Positions 45,462 through 52,536 of a stretch of DNA of 52,536 bases are shown one piece after another. Position 1 is the first letter of the stretch; each line of letters opens with the position of its first letter. The notes under the pieces are model-generated. The model worked only from the letters and a program-made list of their open reading frames with translations, did not search any database and was not told the origin of the DNA. Both the position numbers and the translations under genes were made by a program. The stretch is taken from contig CAZXOD010000001.1 of NCBI GenBank assembly GCA_964642285.1, positions 1 to 52,536 of the forward strand, read 5' to 3'. This DNA is from an uncultured Synergistaceae bacterium (GTDB lineage: Bacteria; Synergistota; Synergistia; Synergistales; Aminobacteriaceae).

Positions 45462-46790
45462 TTGTATCGATACGCTATTAAAGTTTACGGCTGTCAGATG
45501 AACGTCTACGACGGCGACAAGCTGAAAACCGCCCTTAAGGGAGCAGGATGGTCCGAGGCCCCCGAGGAGGAGGCGGACGTAGTTATCCTTAACGGATGCA
45601 GCATCCGGGACAAGGCTGAGCAAAAGGTCTGGAGCGACCTGGGCAGGTTTGCCCCCCGGTGGGAGAGGGAGGGGAGGCCCTTTGTGGCCGTCACCGGCTG
45701 CGTGGCCCAGAATGTGGGCCCAAGGATGCTCTCCCGGTTTCCCTGGGTGCGGTTTATATCGGGCCCAAGGCACATAGGAGCGGTGCCGGAGGGGCTGGAG
45801 AGGCTCATGGCCTGTCCGGGGGAGACGGTCGCCCTCCTTGACGACGATCCCAGGGCCTTCGACGAGCTGGGGGGCGCCCCTCTGGAGCGGGGCAACCCAT
45901 GGAAGGCCTACGTCACCATCGCTCACGGCTGCGACAACTTCTGCTCTTACTGCATTGTGCCCTACGTCCGGGGCCGATTTCTATCCCGTCCTCCCAGTGA
46001 GATCCTGGACGAAATGAGGGCCCTGGCGGACGACGGCGTGAAGGAGATCACCCTGCTTGGCCAGAACGTGAACAGCTACGGTACGGATTTTACCGACGGC
46101 TATTCGTTTTCAAGCCTGCTCAGGGACGGGGCGGCCACAGGAGTGGAGCGGCTGCGGTTCGTCACCTCCCACCCGAAAGATTTTACCCCCGATATAGTCG
46201 ACGTAATGGCGGAGCATTCCGCTATTATCTGTCCCTCCATAAACCTCCCCATCCAGTCGGGGAGCGACCGGATTCTGAAGATGATGAACAGGGGCTACAC
46301 GATGGATCAGTACCGGACGGCTGTTGTCGGCATAAGAAGCCGCCTTCCCGGCGCGGGGCTCACTACGGACCTAATTGTGGGACACCCGGGAGAGACGGAC
46401 GAGGACTACGGGGAGTCCCTGAAGGCGCTGGAGGAGTTCCGGTTCGACCTCGTCCATACGGCCGCCTATTCGCCCCGGGAGGGCACCGCCGCCGCCCGGA
46501 GGGAGGACCAGATACCCAGAGAGATAAAGATGGCCCGGCTCAGGGAAGTGAATGCCCTTCAGTCAAAAATCGCCGGGGAGATAAACGCCTCCCTGGAGGG
46601 AGCGATTTTCCCCGTGCTTCTGGACGACCTGGCCCCAAAGGGGGAAGGGCTGCTCCAGGGCCGCACTCCTTCAGACAAGGTGGCGCTGGTGGAGGCGAAA
46701 GAGGAGATGCTGGGCCGCACGGTCCCGGTCAGGATCACCAGGGGAGAGAACTGGTGTCTTTACGGACAGATAGCGGAACCTGCGGACTAG
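45462..46790 (+). CDS. miaB: tRNA-2-methylthio-N6-dimethylallyladenosine synthase (radical SAM)
   Basis: GCQMN.YD, NGCSIRDKAE, TGCVAQ, CDNFCSYCIVP, FVTSHP, YSPREGT, TRAM domain; TTG start behind GGAGG. Confidence 0.92.
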   Translation: MYRYAIKVYGCQMNVYDGDKLKTALKGAGWSEAPEEEADVVILNGCSIRDKAEQKVWSDLGRFAPRWEREGRPFVAVTGCVAQNVGPRMLSRFPWVRFISGPRHIGAVPEGLERLMACPGETVALLDDDPRAFDELGGAPLERGNPWKAYVTIAHGCDNFCSYCIVPYVRGRFLSRPPSEILDEMRALADDGVKEITLLGQNVNSYGTDFTDGYSFSSLLRDGAATGVERLRFVTSHPKDFTPDIVDVMAEHSAIICPSINLPIQSGSDRILKMMNRGYTMDQYRTAVVGIRSRLPGAGLTTDLIVGHPGETDEDYGESLKALEEFRFDLVHTAAYSPREGTAAARREDQIPREIKMARLREVNALQSKIAGEINASLEGAIFPVLLDDLAPKGEGLLQGRTPSDKVALVEAKEEMLGRTVPVRITRGENWCLYGQIAEPAD

Positions 46791-46802
46791 GAGGTTGAAA
46801 AC

Positions 46803-47525
46803 GTGAAGCGGGGGTTTTTCTCGGATCCGAAATACCAGGGGATCGCCTTCTTCGGCCTGGGGCTCGGCTGTTTTATTCTTGCGGGCCTGCTGGTGTTTTT
46901 TTTCTCGGGCCGCTTCTCAGACCGCACCTCCGGAGTGAGGGCGGGCCCCGCCCTGTCCCTTTCGGCAAAGGCCGAAAAGTCAGAGCCGAAGCAGCAGCCG
47001 CATCCGCAGAAGGAGCAGAATCCCTCCCCCGGCGAGGAAAGGAAGGAGTGGGTGGTTTACATCACCGGCGCGATAGTTAAGCCGGGGGTCTACTCCGTTC
47101 CGCCCGAAAGCAGAGTAATAGCGCTGGTGGAGGCGGCGGGAGGGCTGCTGCCGGCCGCCGATCCTGTGGGGGTAAACCTTGCGGCCCCCCTGGCTGACGG
47201 CGTTCATGTCCATGTTCCCCAGGCGGGCGCTGAGGGCTCGGGGCCAGGCGCCGCTCCTCCGGCCGTCTCTCCCCGGGACGAGGGGTTTCTCAGGCCTTCG
47301 GCGCCCCAGTACGGCGCGAGTCGGGGCAACAGGCTCGTCCGGGTGAACTCCGCCTCCCTGGACGAGCTTCAGCGGCTGCCCGGAGTAGGTCCCTCCATAG
47401 CCAGGGCCATTATTGAGCATAGGGCCAGGACGGGAGGTTTTGCTTCCCTGGGCGATTTGCTCAAAGTTAAGGGAATCGGGCCAAAGAAGCTGGAGGACAT
47501 GAGGTTTCACGTGGACCTGAAATGA
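46803..47525 (+). CDS. comEA: Competence DNA receptor ComEA
   Basis: TM anchor, SLBB-like VYITGAIVKPGVY..NLAAPLADG, two HhH motifs (LPGVGP, VKGIGP). Confidence 0.9.
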   Translation: MKRGFFSDPKYQGIAFFGLGLGCFILAGLLVFFFSGRFSDRTSGVRAGPALSLSAKAEKSEPKQQPHPQKEQNPSPGEERKEWVVYITGAIVKPGVYSVPPESRVIALVEAAGGLLPAADPVGVNLAAPLADGVHVHVPQAGAEGSGPGAAPPAVSPRDEGFLRPSAPQYGASRGNRLVRVNSASLDELQRLPGVGPSIARAIIEHRARTGGFASLGDLLKVKGIGPKKLEDMRFHVDLK

Positions 47526-48979
47526 CGATGTTTCTGAAGCCGGACCAGGGCGTCGCAAGAGCGCCCCTTTTATTCATCTTTGCCCCGGTTTACCTCTCCT
47601 TGGTTTTGTCCTACGGGGGGCTTGCCCCTCTTGCGGGGGGATTTGTCGCCTTTCTCGCCTCCCTGGGCTCCATATTTCTGCTGTCGGACGAGAGACCTCC
47701 CCGGTTTTTATCCTGGTCCCTGCTCATTGCCCTGGCCGCCTCGGCCCTTTCCATTCTTTCCGTCGTCAGAATTCAGTCCTTCGAACTCCCCCCGGGCCCC
47801 GTGACGGACGGCGGGGAAGTTATCCTTGAGCGTTCCTGGGGAGGGAAGAGGGCGGTGCTGGTGGAGGGGAAGAAGGGGCGCTTTCTGCTCAAGGTGCGGC
47901 CCGATCAGTCCGTCCCCGGAGGACAGTCCCTCTCCTTTACCGGCGAGCCGGCGTCCTTTGCCCGATCGAACAACTCCTCCTTCCGGGAGGACTTGTACTG
48001 GAGGGCCAGAGGGGTAAGGGCCGAGATAATTCCCACCAAAGTCACCCTCAAGAGGGCTCAGCTTCCGGGCCTGCCCTCCTTCAGAACGGCCCTCCGCAAA
48101 AAAATCCTTCTCTCCCTGCCTCCGGCCACCAGAGGATATCTTCTCGCCGCCCTGCTGGGGGCAAGCGACCCCGCTCTGGCGGCGGACCACAGGACCTGGG
48201 GTACGGCTCACCTGCTGGCCGTGTCCGGCTTCCACGTGGGACTGGTCGCTGCCGCGGCATGGAAGCTTCTCTCCCTTGGTTTTTTCAGAAAAGTCCTCCC
48301 TCACGGAGGAAGAATCGGCCTTGCAAGCCTGCTGGTATGGGGCTACGCCTTACTGGCCGGAGGCGCCCCAAGCGCCATGAGGGCTGCCCTCATGGTTCAG
48401 GCCGTGCTTATGGGGAGGCTTCTGGGAAGAAGGGGCAGGCCGTTGAACGCCGTCTCCCTCGCCGCACTGATTCTGCTTCTCTGGAGGCCTGAATGGTACG
48501 CGGACCTGGGCTGGAGGCTTTCCGTCATGGCGGCGCTGCTCCTGGCCTCTCTGGCAGAAATAGGAGGAGGCTGGCGGACCGGCCTGGCGGCCTCACCCCT
48601 GATATGGCTGGCGACTTACCCGCTGTCGGCGGAGGCCTTCGGCGTCGTGCCCCTATCAGGGATAATCATAAATATTGTCGCCCTGCCCGCCTTCGGTTTT
48701 CTGTACCCTCTTGCCGCGGGGCTGTCCCTTCCCGCACTCCTGGGCCTTCCGGGAGGCTATTACATCGCCGGGGCGGCAGAGGGACTCTTCGTTATCTGGG
48801 GGTGGATCGCCGACGGAGCGGCGGCCCTCCTGCCCTGGGCCGTACCCTGGTCTGAGGGGGCGTCTTTCCTGGGGGCTGCGGCCTTCATAACCACGGTTAT
48901 CCTTGGCCTCTTCCCTCCGGGTATGAGGGCTTTGACAGGAATAATCCTCATTACCTCAGCTGTCACGGTGCTGTTTTAG
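47522..48979 (+). CDS. comEC: ComEC/Rec2 family competence channel, without a C-terminal metallo-beta-lactamase domain
   Basis: GTAHLLAVSGFHV, PSAMRA, DLGW.LS; follows comEA; ends after the TM region. Confidence 0.85.
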   Translation: MTMFLKPDQGVARAPLLFIFAPVYLSLVLSYGGLAPLAGGFVAFLASLGSIFLLSDERPPRFLSWSLLIALAASALSILSVVRIQSFELPPGPVTDGGEVILERSWGGKRAVLVEGKKGRFLLKVRPDQSVPGGQSLSFTGEPASFARSNNSSFREDLYWRARGVRAEIIPTKVTLKRAQLPGLPSFRTALRKKILLSLPPATRGYLLAALLGASDPALAADHRTWGTAHLLAVSGFHVGLVAAAAWKLLSLGFFRKVLPHGGRIGLASLLVWGYALLAGGAPSAMRAALMVQAVLMGRLLGRRGRPLNAVSLAALILLLWRPEWYADLGWRLSVMAALLLASLAEIGGGWRTGLAASPLIWLATYPLSAEAFGVVPLSGIIINIVALPAFGFLYPLAAGLSLPALLGLPGGYYIAGAAEGLFVIWGWIADGAAALLPWAVPWSEGASFLGAAAFITTVILGLFPPGMRALTGIILITSAVTVLF

Positions 48980-49098
48980 ACGACGGAAATAAAAACGGAT
49001 TAGATGACATGCTCAGGATTAGGCTAAACCCTCCCACTTTCCCCTTTAGAAAGGGTATAATATTCAGTTGTTCACCAAATTCTTAAGGAGGACGGATT

Positions 49099-49866
49099 AT
49101 GCTGCTCGTCCTGGACGTTGGCAACACCACTACCGTACTTGGCATATATGACGGAGAGACCCTGGTCAAACACTGGCGGCTCCGGTCGGACCGCCGCACA
49201 TCTGACGAACTGGGGGTATATCTGCTTAACCTGCTGGACATATCGGGCATCCCCCGGGGAAGAATCAGGGGCGCCATCTACTCAAGCGTCGCCCCCGCCC
49301 TGGACGTGCCTCTGTCGGAGGGTCTGAAAAACTACCTTTCGGTGGATCCCCTTAAAGTTACGTCCTCCCTGGACCTGGGCATGGAGATAGCCTACTATCC
49401 CAGACATGAGGTGGGGGCGGACCGCCTCGTAAACTCCGTGGCTGGAAAAGCTGCCTACGGGGCCCCTCTCATTGTGGCTGACTTTGGCACGGCCATTACG
49501 CTGGATATTATAAATTCAGACGGCGCCTATCTTGGCGGGACCATCTCGCCGGGTCTGGTCACGGGCATGGAGGCCCTCTTTGGCCGCACCGCCAAGCTGC
49601 CCCAGGTCTCCCTTGAAGCCCCGAAAAAAGTAATAGGCAGCAACACCATTGAATCCATCCAGGCGGGAATCCTCTACGGAAACGCCGGACTGGTGGACTT
49701 TCTCGTCCGCAGAATAAGGGCCGAGCTGAATTGCGATTGTCCCGTAGTCGCCACAGGGGGCCATGCGGAAGTCATGGCCACTCTTTCAGAGACCATCACC
49801 GCCGTGGACCCATGGCTTACCCTGAAAGGCCTCAAGATCATCTTCGGGAGGAACAGAGGCCGGTGA
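49099..49866 (+). CDS. coaX: Type III pantothenate kinase
   Basis: LDVGNT, VGADR, DFGTA.T.D, GG.I.PG, ATGG. Confidence 0.94.
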   Translation: MLLVLDVGNTTTVLGIYDGETLVKHWRLRSDRRTSDELGVYLLNLLDISGIPRGRIRGAIYSSVAPALDVPLSEGLKNYLSVDPLKVTSSLDLGMEIAYYPRHEVGADRLVNSVAGKAAYGAPLIVADFGTAITLDIINSDGAYLGGTISPGLVTGMEALFGRTAKLPQVSLEAPKKVIGSNTIESIQAGILYGNAGLVDFLVRRIRAELNCDCPVVATGGHAEVMATLSETITAVDPWLTLKGLKIIFGRNRGR

Positions 49867-50885
49867 CCCCTCTCCCCCCGGTTTTCAACGCCCCCCCTCC
49901 GGCGAAAACGGAGGTCGGGGGGCTTGTCCTGGATTCACCCCTGCTTCTTGCCCCCCTTGCGGGGATAACCATACCGCCCCTCAGGCTTTTTTTTGCGGAG
50001 CTTGGCGCCGCCGGAGTTCACACTGAGATGATAAGCTGCGCGGGACTGCTGTGGAGCAACGGAAAGACGGACGCCATGCTCGCCCTTCTGCCGGGAGAGG
50101 CGCCCGCCGTGGTCCAGCTTTTTGCCGGGGACAGGGATACCCTGGCGAGAGCGGCGGAGAGAGTTTTAAAGGATACGCCCTTCAGGGCCGTGGGGATAAA
50201 CATGGCCTGCCCCATGCCCAAGGTGCTTAAAAAGGGAGCGGGATCCCGGCTCATGGAGCGCCCCGACGAGGCTTTTGCCATGACTGCCGCTCTGGCGGGG
50301 ATGGGACTGCCCGTCTGGCCGAAGATAAGGAAATGTCCGCCCCACTACCCCCTGACCACCGAGGAGTTCTGCAGGGGCCTGCTGGACGCGGGAGCGTCCC
50401 TGGTGTGCCTCCACGGCAGGACCCCCGCTCAGAGGTATTCGGGGGACGCGGACAGGGAGATAGTCGGCGAGATGGCGGCGAAGTTTCCCGGAAAAATATG
50501 CGCCAGCGGCGACGTCTACACCCCCTCCCAGGCTGCCGGATACCTTGAGATGGGCTGTCCGGCAGTCCTTCTGGCCCGGGGGGCTGTGGCGGATCCCTTC
50601 CTTTTTGCCAAAACTCTGGCCTTTATGGGCTATAACGTGCATAATAGCTACGTAAACCCCCCGCCTAACCTCCGGACCTCCCTCATGATCCGCCTGGGCG
50701 ACTCGGTAACGGGCTTCATGGGGCCCAGGATAGGCGCCCTTTTCGTAAAGCGGATGATGGCCGGGATGTACAAGGGCGTCCGGGGCTCTACGGCTTTGCG
50801 CAGAGCTGCGGCAGCTTGCTCATGCTGGAATGAATTGCGGGGAGTTATTGAACAGTTCGACGGCTACCTCGAAAGGAGAGAATAA
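49863..50885 (+). CDS. dusB: tRNA-dihydrouridine synthase
   Basis: LAPLAG.T, TEM, QLF, INMACP, KIR, HGRT..Q.YSG, SGD, ARGA; coaX-dus-lysS order. Confidence 0.85.
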   Translation: MTPLPPVFNAPPPAKTEVGGLVLDSPLLLAPLAGITIPPLRLFFAELGAAGVHTEMISCAGLLWSNGKTDAMLALLPGEAPAVVQLFAGDRDTLARAAERVLKDTPFRAVGINMACPMPKVLKKGAGSRLMERPDEAFAMTAALAGMGLPVWPKIRKCPPHYPLTTEEFCRGLLDAGASLVCLHGRTPAQRYSGDADREIVGEMAAKFPGKICASGDVYTPSQAAGYLEMGCPAVLLARGAVADPFLFAKTLAFMGYNVHNSYVNPPPNLRTSLMIRLGDSVTGFMGPRIGALFVKRMMAGMYKGVRGSTALRRAAAACSCWNELRGVIEQFDGYLERRE

Positions 50886-50890
50886 ATAAA

Positions 50891-52462
50891 GTGGAATCGC
50901 AGTTTGAAAAGAACCCTCCGGAGATTGACCCCAGGACGGATGAAGGCGGGGACGAGATAGTAAGGCAGAGGAAGGACAAGCTCGACCGGCTCATGGCGGA
51001 GGAGGGCTTCAACCCCTACCTGGCCGAGCGGTGGGACAGGCAGCGCTCCCTGTCCTATGTCAGGGAAAACTTCGGCCATCTGGCGGAGGACGAGACGGAT
51101 GAATCGGAGCTCATCGTCACCGCAGGCAGAATAATGACCCTCCGGAAGCATGGCAAGGCCTCCTTTGCCAACCTCGCCGATGAGACTGACAACCTCCAGC
51201 TGTATTTTCAGCTCAACACCATGGGGGAGAAAGAGTATGAATTTACTAAAAAGTGGGTCGACACCGGTGACTGGGTGGGGATCAAGGGATACCCCTTCAG
51301 GACGAGGCGGGGGGAGCTCACCATCCACGTAACGGAGTGTGTGCTCCTCAGCAAGGCCCTCAGGCCTCTGCCCGAGAAGTGGCACGGCCTTAAGGATACG
51401 GAGATCCGCTACCGCAGAAGGTATGTGGACCTAATTGCCAACCCGGACGTGAGGGACACCTTCCGCAAAAGGTCCATGATCATCTCCTCCATCAGGAAGA
51501 CCCTGGAGGATCACGGGACTCTTGAAGTGGAGACCCCCATCCTGTCGGTGCTGGCGGGGGGCGCCGCGGCCCGTCCCTTCGAGACCTACCACAACGCCCT
51601 GGGAATGAAGATGTACCTCAGGATAGCCACAGAGCTCTACCTCAAACGGCTGGTGGTGGGGATGTTCGGCCGGGTTTACGAGCTCGGCAAGAACTTCCGC
51701 AACGAGGGCCTAAGCCCCATGCACAACCCCGAGTTCACCTGCATGGAGGTCTACTGGGCCTACGCCGACTACCACGACATGATGGACCTCACCGAGGAGA
51801 TCATCCGGAACGCCGCCGAGGTGGTCTGCGGCGCCGGCAACCCCAGAAAAGTCCGCTACCAGGATGTGGACCTGGACCTGGACAAGCCCTTCAGAAGGGC
51901 AAGCATGCTTGACCTGGTGCGGGAATACACCGGAGTGGACTTCAGGACCATAACTGACGACGAGCAGGCCAGGGAGATCGCCGCCGGGCGGGGAGCGGAG
52001 CTGTCAGGCTCCGAGAGCCGCTTCGCCGTTCTCAACATCATGTTCGAGACTTTCGTAGAGGAGAAGCTTATTCAGCCCACTTTTGTTACTGGGCACCCCA
52101 CGGAGATCTCTCCTCTGGCCAAGAGGGACCCTGACAACCCCGACTATACCCGCAGGTTCGAGCTCTTCGTCTGCGGCAAGGAAGTGGCCAACGCCTTCAG
52201 CGAGCTTAACGACCCCATCGACCAGAGGGGCCGTTTCGAGGACCAGCTTAAAAAGAAAGAAGAAGGGGACGACGAGGCCCACGACTTCGACGAGGACTTC
52301 ATAAACGCCATCGAGACGGGCCTTCCCCCCACGGGAGGGCTGGGCGTGGGAGTGGACCGGCTGGTCATGTTCCTCACCGACTCCCGGTCCATCAGAGACG
52401 TTATCCTCTTCCCCACCATGAAACCCCTGGCCGCCAGGGGCGGTGAGGAAGGGGAGGAGTAG
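50891..52462 (+). CDS. lysS: Lysine--tRNA ligase (class II)
   Basis: LPEKWHGL, GGAAARPF, LRIATELYLKRL, FRNEG..HNPEFT, GLPPTGGLG.G.DRL. Confidence 0.98.
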   Translation: MESQFEKNPPEIDPRTDEGGDEIVRQRKDKLDRLMAEEGFNPYLAERWDRQRSLSYVRENFGHLAEDETDESELIVTAGRIMTLRKHGKASFANLADETDNLQLYFQLNTMGEKEYEFTKKWVDTGDWVGIKGYPFRTRRGELTIHVTECVLLSKALRPLPEKWHGLKDTEIRYRRRYVDLIANPDVRDTFRKRSMIISSIRKTLEDHGTLEVETPILSVLAGGAAARPFETYHNALGMKMYLRIATELYLKRLVVGMFGRVYELGKNFRNEGLSPMHNPEFTCMEVYWAYADYHDMMDLTEEIIRNAAEVVCGAGNPRKVRYQDVDLDLDKPFRRASMLDLVREYTGVDFRTITDDEQAREIAAGRGAELSGSESRFAVLNIMFETFVEEKLIQPTFVTGHPTEISPLAKRDPDNPDYTRRFELFVCGKEVANAFSELNDPIDQRGRFEDQLKKKEEGDDEAHDFDEDFINAIETGLPPTGGLGVGVDRLVMFLTDSRSIRDVILFPTMKPLAARGGEEGEE

Positions 52463-52536
52463 GAAATCGCCGTGGCGGCCCTGAAGGGGAGGCCGGAGGG
52501 GAAGATTCCCCAAGAGGCCCGGGAGCGGGGGGCTTT

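Noticed and set aside
47503-47518. parS-like sequence GGTTTCACGTGGACCT
   Set aside because: Four mismatches to TGTTTCACGTGAAACA and inside the comEA coding sequence
1-52536. Mobile elements, prophage, CRISPR arrays, defence systems, tRNA/rRNA genes
   Set aside because: I saw no integrase, transposase, cas or phage genes and no repeat-spacer arrays; all intergenic gaps are short and largely explained
52463-52536. G-rich sequence after lysS as a terminator or ncRNA
   Set aside because: It is cut by the window edge and shows no convincing stem

Overview
A gene-dense, GC-rich core-chromosome segment from an anaerobic, amino-acid-fermenting bacterium. Gene content and order suggest Synergistota (inference only). 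I saw no mobile element, prophage, CRISPR array, tRNA or rRNA. Gene order: liv branched-chain amino-acid ABC operon; pgsA; secA; DUF3857-type protein; argS; ftsB-like gene; rpsF-ssb-rpsR-yybS-rplI-dnaB with an S6:S18 leader RNA; a ParB-family protein with Noc-type residues; a PglL/O-antigen-ligase-type protein; queD-folE2-2-hydroxyacid dehydrogenase-HlyD-like-yggS-sepF-divIVA-recG-recX; rny-ymdB; hypCDE on the minus strand; an NSS transporter; a glycine-riboswitch-led glycine reductase operon (grdX-trxA-grdE-grdB-grdC-grdD, with Sec at UGA 35084 in grdB and no grdA or trxB); an AGCS transporter; tkt-queH-AIR-synthase-family-Xaa-Pro peptidase; a rubredoxin missed by the ORF track; miaB-comEA-comEC; coaX-dusB-lysS. 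The best leads are the Noc-signature ParB paralogue, the PglL-like oligosaccharyltransferase, the single reading frame shared by grdE-B-C-D, the singlet glycine riboswitch with a ghost aptamer, and an apparently inactive exported transglutaminase-like protein. The sequence alone does not demonstrate a wholly new system; these are hypotheses.
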